In this document: piece by piece, positions 13,293-25,600 of the stretch
Numbering within the stretch: position 1 is the stretch's first letter
Layout of the letters: every line of letters starts with the position of its first letter
Assembly: GCA_963575745.1 (NCBI GenBank)
Contig: CAUYUJ010000102.1
Span: 1-64,000 of the forward strand
Source: Prorocentrum cordatum
Lineage: Eukaryota
Reading direction: 5' to 3'
Length of the DNA: 64,000 nucleotides
Program-made: the position numbers and the translations under genes
The notes under the pieces: generated by a model
What the model saw: the letters and a program-made list of their open reading frames with translations, nothing else
Database searches by the model: none
Told to the model about the DNA's origin: nothing

Positions 13293-13656
13293 TCTCCTCT
13301 TTTCTGCCTGCCCGTGTGTACGTGTGGCTCCGCGTCCACGGTGTCAGGGCGTGGGGGCGGGGGGTGCCCCGTCACTGCGCGCCGCTTAGCGGCCAAGCGC
13401 CCAACTGGCGGTCCGCCAAGCCGCCTAGCCACGTGCCAGCACGTCGCCTTTCTTGTGGGGGCCTTTTACCTCACGCGGTCTGTCAGGTGAGATCTTCATC
13501 GTCTGTCCGCCGTCTGTAGCGTCAGTCGCACTGCGCCGGGGGAGGGGGTTTTGTAGCCCGCCCTCGTCTCTTAAGGCTGCACCGCCGCAAATAGTGCTTG
13601 CGAGTTGTCGCACCGCAGTGCGCCTCGCGGACGGACCCTGGTCCGCCTACTTGTCC

Positions 13657-13658
<2 letters not shown>

Positions 13659-13699
<41 letters not shown>
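13659..13699 (+). repeat. (TC)20 spacer between the two retrotransposon copies
   Basis: Pure TC dinucleotide run at the junction. Confidence 0.97.
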
Positions 13700-13700
<1 letters not shown>

Positions 13701-13859
13701 GTCTCGGCTCGAGAGTGCCCTGCACTCAGACCGCAGCCGCGACGCGAAGCGCCCCGCCTCGGAGTCAGTCTCCCAGGCCTCGCGAGACCGGAGGGGTCCC
13801 AGCAGGACCTTACTGATTCGCGTCACCATTCTCCCCCCCCCACCAGAGCGCCCGCCGCA

Positions 13860-16427
13860 ATGGCCCCCGCCAAGCCGGAGCGCCGTCGCTCTTCCAAGCA
13901 GCCGCCGAGCTCACGTCCTGCAGCTGAAGGGTCTCTCCTCCAACGCAAACAGGACTGCATTGCAGCTTTCAAGCAAGCGGGGTCTGACCGCCCCACGGCC
14001 GCATGCAACGGGCTCGCCGAGCTGAACGCGGACGAGCTGCAGGCCACGTACGACATGCACAAGACCAACACCAAGAAGCTCGGCAGTGCCTTGATCCGCA
14101 TGTGTGCCGCCAACCAGATCAGCTACACGCTGGATCACCACCAGCGCAGCAAGCCTAAGCGCATCGGTGGTGACACATCACACCCACCAGCTGCGTCCGC
14201 ACGTCTTCAGGCTGCGGACGCCCAATTCATTGCCTTGGACCCGGCCTTCTGGAAGGTCCCAGTCCTGGCCGAACCCACATCACTTGATGACGGCAAGACG
14301 TGCAAGCCCAGCATCAGCCTCCACGACTACGAGAGCGGTGAACGGCTGCTGCAGCACCACCTCGAGCAGGGTAAGCGTACCACGGGTCAGCTTGCGATTG
14401 CTGTCATGGGCCCAAAAAACGATAACTACGTCGGTACCGAGCTCGCCGTCCCCGTGCTGAAGCGTCACCCCAAGGAGCCCAAAGTGGTCCACTCGCACGT
14501 CCCCGTGACCGTGTACCAGCTGGGCACCAAGGAAGTCGCCTGCACGGAAAAAGTTGCCGTCGCCACCATCGATCCTGCCGACCACGTATGCTGGATTCGG
14601 GTGACCATGCATGAAACCGAAGCCATCGCCGCAGTCCCCTCCATGCATCAGGCCTTCGAGGATCAGTTCTCGGGAGGGTCCCCCGTGAACGGTGGTCCAC
14701 GCGCCAAGGGTCCTTTCCGAAGGGACTCCGCTCCACAGGACAAGGCGCGCCAAAACCAAAAGCACAGGGAGTCCAAGAAAGACGCTCGCCGCAGGAGCTC
14801 GATAGTCAGCTCCAGGACACCTTCAAGGCCCTCTTCCACGGCAACTTTAAAGCCGTCACCATCCTCGAACCCTGCAAAAGCCTAGGCAGGTATGGATCGG
14901 GCGTCGGAAAGAGGTCCCTGGCTGCCACCTTCGGCGTCAGTCTTCAAGCGGTTGACAAGTTCTTGGCGGGTTCAGGGCAACTCGGCGCCACCTACGACCT
15001 CAGCAACGTAGGTGCAGACGAGCCCACTGCAGACAAGTACCAGACCGTGTGGTTCCCTGAGGACCAGCCCATCACGATGGCAGATGCTTTCCAGAAGTCG
15101 GTGGACTTCAAGGCCCTAGGAGTCGTCAGGCACGGCAAGTCAGGCTTATTGGGGATCCGTGTTGCACGAGGGTCAGACGCCGCCAAGGCTGCTGCCGTCA
15201 GCATCCGTGGCTGTGAAGCCACCCTCGCCAAGACGCGATACCGCATTACTGGCAGTGCGGCACGCCACGCCACGCTGACCCAGCTTGCTAAGACTCTCAC
15301 GGGCCCGTCCGTCAAATGGGACTGTGAGGTCTACCACACCGCCTGGGACCCAGCCACTTCGGCTCAGTTTGCCTTAGTGCGCGCTCATCGCCCCCCACCC
15401 ACATATACGGTACAGGTCGCAGGGTGCCCCATCCCGTGGAGCATCACCGAGGCCCCGTTGGCTGAGGTGGTGCCGAAGAGGGACAACATTACCATTGTCA
15501 CCCCTACCACTATCACAGAGCCTGTGACGCCGCCAGCCCGTGGTGGCGGCTTCAGCCCCGCCACGGGCACACTCCTAACCAAAGCGGCCCAAAGCCCTTA
15601 CCTCCACGACCTCATGACTGCCACGCCCAAAGGCAAGGGCGTCGCACCGCTCCCGATCCCCAAGGAGGAGCCTCTAGCCAAGCGCCACCGATCCTCCAGT
15701 GGGAAACGCGACGCCACGCCGCACGCAAGATCACACGGCGCCCCAGGCCGCAGCTCCTCTGCACCCCCGCACGGCACGGATGGAGCTGCCGAGCAGACGG
15801 CCGTCCAAGGACCTGGTGGTCATGACCCGCAACTTGGCACGGTGGCGGCTGAAGGCGGGGGCCACACGGAAGGGGACGTTGCCACAGCCGCCGAGGTACC
15901 AGGCGACGATGACGACGTCGAGATCCTCTCATCAGGGGACGAATTCAGCGTGGCATCTCGCGAACTGAACACCCTCGGCGAACGCTTCGCTACGGCCCCT
16001 AAACTGTCAGATGCCGCCACGACCCGCATCCAACACATGGAACAACAGCACGAGCTGCTTGCCACCACGGTGGATAACATGCAGGTCCAGCTTGCGGGCG
16101 TTCTCTCATCCCAGGCCACACTCACGGAGCACGTTTCAGGTTTGGAACGAGGGCTTGCCACCGTCGTCACCAGCAACAGACGGCAACCACCGAAGCTGCT
16201 GCACTGCGTGGCGACATCCAGGCCCTCCTCGGGCACCTCACGGGGGGCACCATCCACCTGCCACAGGTGGCCACCCTCGAAACCAAAAAGGAGGAAGCTG
16301 CATCAGTTGCCGATCCCGTGGCTGTCTGCGGGTGGATTGATCAGCCAGGCCAGGTCACCCCAGGGACGGGGCCCCAGGGGCTGACAAAGGCAAAGACAAG
16401 GGTCGGGTCACTCAGGAACCCTATTGA
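13860..16427 (+). CDS. ORF1 (~856 aa reconstructed), putative nucleic-acid-binding/chaperone protein with coiled coil; -1 frameshifts at ~14790, ~16170, ~16376
   Basis: ATG at 13860 (MAPAKPERRR). ORF-track pieces 13605-14885, 14963-16384 and 16267-16608 join by single-base corrections. Globular middle (YQTVWFP...LGIRV...YRITG...RAHRPPP) and C-terminal coiled coil. Confidence 0.7.
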
Positions 16428-16604
16428 AGGTGCCTCAGAGAGCCTGCCTCAGCCCTCCGAGGAAGCGCCTTCAGAGGCATCCCTTCTCTCTTCGCGTCGT
16501 ATCTCTTTCTTGTCATATCATGTCAGTTTTGGCAGCAGCACGAGCAAGCTATCTGGTGTAGGGACACCTGTCATCTTGCTGTGGGTGTGTTTGTTGCAAC
16601 GTAC

Positions 16605-19600
16605 ATGAGCATGCAGGGGTATCTAAGGATGCGTGCTGACATGCAGCTTTTGGCTCATCGCTCGCGCCGCCCGCCAGGCCTCGCCATCATGTGGCGCCTT
16701 GCCTGCAGCCTGGCCCTCCCCTCGCTCGCTGGAGCACACCCGTCTTCAGGCGGTGCGCCCCAGCATGGAGGTGAGGTTCTCCTGCGACACGCTGAACGTG
16801 GGACCCTTTTCTTCCTCTACGATGACAGCATCTACAAGTACGATCACTGCACCATTTTGGACCCGATCGTGAACGGCACCGTTGCCGCGGGTCCGTGCGG
16901 CATAGGCCAGGCACACAGTGGCGGCTTCAGCCCCGCTGTTGTGCCCCGCTATCGCCCTACGGGTCTCACCACTCCCCTGTGCGATAGGGGCGAACCCGAG
17001 GAGGACCCTGCTTTCTGGCACCTGATGATGATCCGCGCCCGGCTCATACCGCGTGCTGCGGCGTGGGCACCAGGTGAGGACAACCAGGACATGTTCTGGG
17101 CATGGCTCGAGGACTGCGTCCCGTACATCCTGGCGACGCTTCATCTGCCACAGTACGATCACCTCTTTCAGGAGGAGTCTGAGGACACAACCGACGCCCT
17201 GCGACAGCGCACCGCGGTCGACATGCGCGAGGACATCTGGCACAGAGCGGGCCCCGACAGGCAGCGCATCAACCGCAACCTCACTCGTATCCAGAGCAGC
17301 CGCGAGTACGCCACCCGCTATTTTGGCCTCCTTCTGGAATACCAGGGCGCTCGTGCCACTCTCGTCGGCCCTGAGGCTTTCACGGCACCTTTGCCGCCAT
17401 ACCTCTCACGGGCCCATGCTCTGCTGCCAAGAGGCCTCCCTCCACCCGACCAAGACTCCATGGCGTACCTCGCCGACGTGATCCTGCACCAACCGCCAGA
17501 CATGCTGCCGCTCGTCGAGGCGGAGCTCGCCGCGGCGCCGATGGACGGCACCGATCAGGCCGCAGATGACCCTGTATCATGGCTGCTTCAGCACATCGCG
17601 GCCAGCGACATCGGCAACACATCCATGGACTCGTTCCACGCGTCGGAAGATAGCCAGGACGGCATCGATACCCAGGATCGAGACGGCACGATACCACCAG
17701 GCGACTCGGCCCAGCGTGACCGCGACAGTGAACCCTACTTTGGGCACACCTCGTTGCAAAGCAGTCCGCCCCACACCTCAGCTCAGGCCGACCCCAGCGC
17801 ACGGCCCAACGACGCTGAAGGCGTCACTGCCGCTGACGTGCCAAGCCATCCCACTGCATCGCCAGCTCATGCCAGCCCGTGCAGTGGCGGCTTCAGCCCC
17901 GCTGCACCACTGGCTAGACCTGGACATCCCCAGACCGCAGGTGGCAGCACCACGCCCTTCACCTCCGTGCACCGTGACAGCGTGACTGACTCCAACCCCA
18001 GTGCCATTGACCACGGGCAGGCCGACATCGACAACGATCCCATCGATGATGAGTACCCAGATGCCAGCGGTCCCCACGAGCCCCAGCACAGTGCAGCGGC
18101 ATCACGACACTGTGGCTGCCTCATCTGCCTCTTGGTGGCCACGTACGTCATCGCGATAGCAATGCCGTACAAGGACCAGATCGATGGGTACTTGCCGACA
18201 CCGAGCCGAGACCCCAGCTACCGACAACGACGACGACGCCAAGCGACGGCACCAGGCCCATCGGTGTCCACCACACCCCGACGCAAAACGACATACAATG
18301 TCACGTCCACATTGAGGGCCACTCTCAAATGGACCAGCGTCAAACTCAGAGATAGCGTCTCGGGCGGAGCCACTGCAGTCGGGGTCGGCCTCGGGGGTGT
18401 CCTTAAATGGGCCAGCGGCAAGCTAGGGGCTATTGCCACGGGTGGAGTCGTGTGTGGTCTTCTACTCGTCGGTGCCAAACTTCTTGCCCAGGGAGCTGTC
18501 GGACACGTTGGAGCCCGCATCTGTGCGCGGGCCCTGGACTCATCCACTGCCCAGTGGTGCCTCCGCTGTTGCCAACCGAGCAGGAGGCCGAGGGACGAGG
18601 TCACATACAAAATGCCGTGCACGCTCGCCGACGAACACGACGACCAGCATGTGCACGCACTCCGACATCCGCTGCTACAGGAACACTACGCCGCAGCAGT
18701 TGCCGCCGCAGTCGCCGACGTCACCACCGCCACCACCGCCGCCATCGTCGAAGTCACTGCCGCCGTATCGCGAGCCTCGTCTGTCACACCAAGATCGACC
18801 AGCCCGACTCCACGAGACGGCTCCAAGAGCGGCGCAACATTCGGTAACCTACCGACTAACGAGGATGCCACAGCACACGGCAGCGACACCGAGGCAAGGG
18901 AAACGCGTGAGCGCACCCATGATAGCCCGTGGTCTATCTTCCGACACGCTGACGCTCGCGGTTCCTCCCCCGACGCGGACACCCAACCACCACGACGGCG
19001 AGCACGCTATGCATCCCCCGACAGGCCCCAGGCGCCTTCAGGCCCTGGTATGCCTTACACTGCCCTCAAGCCACCGACACGCAACTTACGCAACACCATC
19101 CAGCGCGACCCAGCGGTCCCCGAGCCGCCGAAGAGCATACTTAACGCCCTGTATCAAAACGGCTTTGCGCTAGGGAACAGTGGCGTGTCTACAGAGGACA
19201 TCAAAGACGCTCTACGACTCCACGACCATCCTCGATTCACTCATGATCCAACACTCCAAGCGCTGGGGCCGTGGACGGACATCATGCAGAGGCCACCGAA
19301 CCGCCTCACTTGGGTGCTGGAAGACTCGGGCGGGAACTCGGGCGAGACAATCTTCCCATACCTCACGTGGGACCTCCGCCAACCCATCACCGACGCGCCC
19401 ACTGTCTTCTGGCATGGGACCCGCGGCGACCTTGCGGCCCGTCTTGCTGCCAGTGGAGGGCACCTCTTGCCAGGCCCCCGCCGTGAAGCGAAGGGCCGAA
19501 CTGGCACCAACGTTGGCCGCACGTACGCGAGCGTGCACCCTTCGCTGGCCGCGTGGTACGCAATGCCGCCCCACCCGCCCTACAGTCTTGAAGACGACAC

Positions 19601-22600
19601 CCTCGCGTGGGGACCCATCGCACTCTGGATGTGCGAGGCCACCCAACCACCGCGCGGGGAAAACAGGCACAACTACGTGAAAGGGGAGGCCCACGGAGCG
19701 CGCCTCATTTACCCTCGGGTCCTGAGCCTCCTCATCCGCATGGACTGGTGCGCCCCCACAGAAGCTGCTTCCAGGTGCCGTGCCCTTCCACACGCCTATG
19801 GCATGGGCGACTGCGCGCACGCCCTCCACATCGCTGGCTACGACCATCCAGATCTCCGTGAGGCGGCTGAAGCTCACGACCAGGAAGCTAGCACCAGGCG
19901 CAGAACAGCCATCGCGGCAGCATGGCCACCGCCGCAGGCGCTATACTCGCCAGAGGCAGCGCGAGCATGGGCCAAACAGCACTACGACACGGAAGCAGCC
20001 ACCAGGGATGACCCTAACCAGCCCCGCCCACGCGTCTCGCTTCACATGCTCCAGCTGGACCCGAAACCACTCATCGACCTGGTGTACACTGGCTTGCAAG
20101 CTGTCCCCGTGCGGGGGCACCCTGACGCACGCGGGTCGCGCCCCAGCGGCTCCAGCCCTGGGGCCGCGTCGGGCCCACCTCGCACGTACAAGTCAGGCAC
20201 AGCCTTAGCGTACAGTCCAGACCGCTCATCGACGTCATCTGGAGTCGACGAACGCCGTACGCCTTCCCTCATCAGCGCGGCCGCCGCCCTCGCCCGAGGC
20301 CGTGCCCGTCCACGACGATCTGCCTCTCGCTCGTCACGACAGAGTGACGGGAACTCCACCTCAGACAACAGCGGCATCGAGACGTGGGAGCACATTGTGA
20401 CGGAGGAGGAGCCGACTGCCTACCACGTCCTCGCCTACCACGTTCGTGATGTGCGGTCCCGTGTCAATGCCCCTGGCATCGAGGTCTGGCTCGACCCTGG
20501 TGATCACCACGATGGTGCCTACTTACCGTGGGGGACGACAGTCATGGGCCACCGCGTTACTGACCCTGCGGTGGACGGGCGTGACGGCTGGGTCATCCTC
20601 CACCACGACCACGGCGACACCACTACTAAGCTCTGGGCACCGACCCAAGTCCACGTCAAAGCGGACGACTCCTGGCGCACCGTCATGGTACCAGCGGACA
20701 TGGGGCCCCAGTGGATCAGGTGCCATGCCGAGGACGCACGCCTTCCCGCCGAGGTTGTCCGCACTACAGGCCAATCCTGGTTTGCTGACGTCTGGCCCTT
20801 GTGGGACCGCCCGAGACCCCATCCAGACGACCCAGGCACAAATGAGCATGCGCTCCCGCCTTTACCAGGACGCTGGTCTTGCCTACAGTGTCGATTCCAA
20901 TGCTGTCAGTACTGCGCGGCTCGCCGCAACACGCAGCTCGGCACCTCGGGCCAACCAACGTGCCCAGACTGCGCCCGCAGCGGACTGCGTACACTCATGG
21001 ACTGGTCCACGGACTACTCGTGCAACAGTTGGACGTGTGCATACAGCACCAACAACAGGGACTCCGACACATGCTGCCTGTCCAGCAGGTGCCCCCACCC
21101 CCCCAGGCCACACAACCTGCTCGACGTCCGTGCCACAGGGATGCCGCCGCACATCCTTGCCCGCCAATTCGGCAACGCGCCAGCCCTTCACGACCTCAAG
21201 GAACCCCCCCGAGCGCCTTCAGGCCCCGGGGGGGAACCTCCACAACCAGGGCAAGCAGGCTACCAGGGTCAATGGTACCTCCCACCGCAGCCGCGGCGCG
21301 TCCCCAGGCAGGGACTGCCTGACGGCACAAGGCGGCCACCTGGATTCACAGGAACGGGGATGCCCGAAGAACCTTCCCCCGACCAACCGCTTTGGAGGGA
21401 AGGCTACGTGCTCTTCAGTCCCCACCAGGCCCTCAAGGAGGAATTCACCTTCAACAAGACGGTCCGCCGACCCTACTCCCTAGCCATTACCAACATGTAC
21501 AGGGATCGTGTCACGGTCAGGACCGTCTGCGAGTCGATCGCCGAGCGCATCCACACTACCCGCACCCGCTGGCGAGATGTGGTACTGTACTGGGACGCCG
21601 AGGGTGGTCCTGGGCCTCAAGCCCTCGACTACGACATGCGACTCTGCGACGCCATGGTGAGCCGTGCCACGACCGAAGCCGAGCTAAACCACGACCGCAG
21701 CAACCGTGGTAGTTTCTGCCTCTATGGACCAGCGCACCAGCGAGCCGTCAACATCACGGCGATCGCAGAGCCGCAGAACATCGACTACATGGAGCATGTG
21801 CGGCGATACTCACCCGTAGGGAGGACCTACCCTGACCACGCCTTCGAGCACGTCTATCGGGGCTGGCAGCGGCCCGACGTGCCCACCATCCTCCCCGACA
21901 CCCGTCCCCTCTCGAGAGCCGACTGGCAGCGTCACCAACAGCACCAGCAGCGCATCCAGCAGCGGGACCAACGTGACGCAGGACAGCACGGCACGCCACG
22001 CTACCGCTCCCCTGCGCGAGTCCCGACAGGCGGCAACACGGCCTACGACGGGGTTGCCGCCTACTACCGTGGCCCCATAGGCGCCAGGCCAGCGGCTGCT
22101 GGAGCAGCCGCCTCCAGCTACGGCCACGCCCCCCACGCCAGGGTACACCCAGCGGTCATCGGCTACCCGCGTGCACCCGTGCAAGCCCTAAGGGCCACCT
22201 CGCCAGTGCCAGGGTCCACGCGCGCCTGGGGCCTTTACTCAGGCCGACATGATGGCTCCTCCAGCAACCAGCCCGCAGTGATAACCCCTGCGGCTTCAGC
22301 CCAGGGGGCTGCAACAAACCGTGGCAGGGCTGGGCGCCCCGAAGGATGGCGTGATGCGAACGTGCGCGCTTGGCAACCTCGCCAGCACACGCCCCCGCCA
22401 AACGCAGCTGCAGCACTGCGCCCTGCCCAGGCAAAACCTGCCCCACCTGAGCGGGAGAGGCAGCCGCTTACCCCGCTCGTCCTCACGCACATCCAGGCGC
22501 ATCACAGCGCCTCCCCGCGGCACAGCGAGGGAAGCGCCCACCACGTCAGCCCCCGCCCCGACGCTGTCGACCCGACCAGGCCACAGCCACGGCGGAGGGC

Positions 22601-25600
22601 GGCACAAGCGCCTCTCGCCAGCCCAGCCCATCACCCTGCGCGGCGCCGATCCGATCCCCGAGCAGGGCGGATTCCGAGCGTGCTAATGCCCAGGCGACCT
22701 CGCCACGCGACCGCCACACGGGCGGGCGCGTCCCGCGCAGCAGGACCTGCAGCCGCCACAGTTCACGCAAGGCCCCAGGGAGCTCCACGAGCTCGCCGCC
22801 TCGCGAGACTCAGGCCGATGGCCGAGCCCCCGAAGTGGTGCCACGCTTCGGAGCCAGCGTCATTGATCCTGGCCAGGTCGACCTCTCGCCGACGCCGTCC
22901 ACGGACCACGAGCCGCCGCTGCCCACCCGCGTGATCGTCCCCATCGACGAGGCGCCAACCTTCGACCCGTTCAAGAACAAGTACCGTGTCAAGAACCTTG
23001 TGGCGGGTTTCGGCGGGGGCTCACCGCTCTCACCTCAGAGTCGGGGCGGAGCCCCCGCCACCTCGGCTGCTGCGGCAGCGGCGGCCCCGCGGGGAATCAG
23101 CCCTGTCCGCAACGTGGGCCTCACGGCAGCGGGCATGGACGAGGCCCAGCGCCAGGCCTCCGACCGTGCTGCTGGAGCTGTTCCACCAGATGCTGCTCAT
23201 CAAGATACTGACGGGGCGGGCGCGCCACCGCAGGAGGGACCAGCGGTGTCGCGTGCGCAGTACATGCGCGTGCGTTGTGCCGCCGCCGCGCCTAGCCGCC
23301 GCCGCTGGTTCGCTTTTGTTTTTGTGCTCGGCAGGACGGATCGAGGAGTCGCCTCCCTCTCCCTCTGCTGCCGTCTCACCTCTCCTCCCCTCGTCCCCTA
23401 CGGTACTGGAGTGAGGAGGAATTTTCGTAACATTTTTACTGACATTTATGAACCCCCCCTGGCGCAGTGCCGACCGTGTCCCGCCTATATTTCTGGCCTG
23501 ACGGCGGCTTCAGCCCCGGTCAAGCTAATCCATAGGAACGCCATGAGCTCCTACTGTGGCCAAGCCTCCTACCTGGGCGAGGGTCAAGCTGACCTTCACC
23601 GCGCGGGGCGTGCAAACCCCAGTTCCACCGATGGAGACGGGCCAGGTCGCTCCATACACCTCGTCAGCCTTAACATCACCAGTCTCTCAGCGAATTGGCC
23701 AACCATCACCGCCCTTGGTGTCGACCACAACGCCGCAGTCATAGCACTGCAGGAGACCCGACATGCCAAGCCGACTAGGCAAGCCATCGCTACCAGCGCC
23801 GCCAATCCACTCCACGGAGGATACCACGCCAGTCTTGGACCTGACCTTGATCTGGCGCGAGCCCAGCGCAGAGCTGCCCACGGCGGCACAGACCACACCG
23901 TTGTGGGCACACTGGCGCCTCGGGAGGGGTCGCCATCCTCTCTAAGGATGCCATTGTCGACTCCACTGTCGACGACAATGCGCCCTGTATCGTCGCCCTC
24001 AAGGCCAAGAAAAGATGGCACGAGGTCTTTCTCCCGCTCTGCACTCAACACCGCCGCAGGCGGCGACGAAACAACCACGGGCCCGCGGGGATCTACATAG
24101 CGAGCCTCTACGGGATTGCTGGAGGAGACAGCACAGCTCTTTTTCGGCTCGCTGACTGCGCCGCCGCTAGGGTCGGCTCAGCCCCCTACTTCATCTGCAT
24201 GGACGCCAATACGAACATCGACGACAATCCACACCTTCTGCACATGTTGCAGCACGGATGGTTCAACGTTGCTGAGGGCACACCAGACCACACCATGCAC
24301 ACATACGGCAATATCCCTGACTGGGACCGCGTCACCAAGTGCCCCCGCACTTCGCGCATCGATTATATCATTGCCAACCAAGCGGCGCGATCCCTTGTCA
24401 CCGACTTCTGCTACCTTCGCGACCTGCCTGCGAAGTCTCACGTTGGCCTGCAGGTCACGCTTGACCTCAGTCGCCTCGACCATACGGCCCGACGTCTTCT
24501 TGCCCCCACGCCCTATCCGCCCGACGATGGAGCTCATGAGGGTCACGAGCTGCAGGCACTAGGGACCCTCATCGCTGAGCGATATCAGGACCGCATGGAG
24601 CAGGCCGACACACGAGACGACGTGGAGCGCATGTTCGCCCTGGCTAACGAGGCCAGTCATGAGTACCATCTCACCCGTCTGCGCGACCTGCCACCTCCAC
24701 CGCCCGACCACCCAAAAAAGAAGCCCCCCACCATGCACGGGCTCACGCCCACGTTCGAAGATCGACCAGTTGTCCCCCGCGCCTTCCCACCTACGGAGCT
24801 TCCACGATACACATGAACCGACTGCGCAAGCTCCATCGGCAACTCTGCGAGCTCCGTTTCATCGGACAGCACCATCATTTGGATTGCCGTGCCATCCCGC
24901 CGTACCTCGCGCAGCGCATCGACTGCACGTGGGCCGCGGCCCGCCTCTTATGCCACAAGCTGCGCCCCACGGTTCTCCTAGACTTCCCCGAGGCCTGGTC
25001 CCCCGACGAGCCAGTGCCGCACGGAGAGCACCTTGACGTTTTGATCCAACACCTCGACTTGGAGCTGGCGCGACGTGCGAACCGTGCCAAAGCTGAACGC
25101 ATCAAGATATGGGCTGAGGGCGTCCGCGAGCCAAGCGGGCGAAAGGCGGCCATATACGCACGGGCTGCTGACAGCTCGCCCACGGCGTATCTCCGCACGC
25201 CTACCACTCCTGACGATACGCAACTCCACTGCGACACCAACGCCTTTAAACCTGACGAAGCTTGCACGGACGACAGCGACGCTGACACCGAAGCTGGCGG
25301 CTTCAGCCCCAGCGACGGTAGTTCGCCCGACACGGACAGCGACGAAGACCACACTCGTGAACCACCACCTGCGCAAGTCCCCGACATCCTCCCTGCCAAC
25401 GCCATTGTTGCTAACACCAAGGACATGCTGAAGCTCATGGTCGACACCTGGGAGCCCATCTTGGGCAGGTACCGTGCACGTGCGGGACATGACGCCGAAG
25501 CCATGCCGACGTGGGCCGACTTCTACGACGAGTACCGACAGGAGCTGCCTACTCCATCACCAGCTACCCCTTTCCACCTCACCGACGACCAACTCATCCA

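Larger units (their letters stand above)
1..13658 (+). mobile_element. Giant non-LTR (LINE-like) retrotransposon, copy 1, 5' part outside the window
   Basis: Colinear with 16051-29740 (position 1 cgagctgcttgcca = position 16051). Encodes APE, RT, CCHC and RNase H motifs and ends ...cctacttgtccga before (TC)20. No LTRs seen. Confidence 0.95.

Noticed and set aside
23300..23660. 2A-like ribosomal skipping peptide before APE
   Set aside because: No D(V/I)ExNPGP motif seen in the reconstructed frame.
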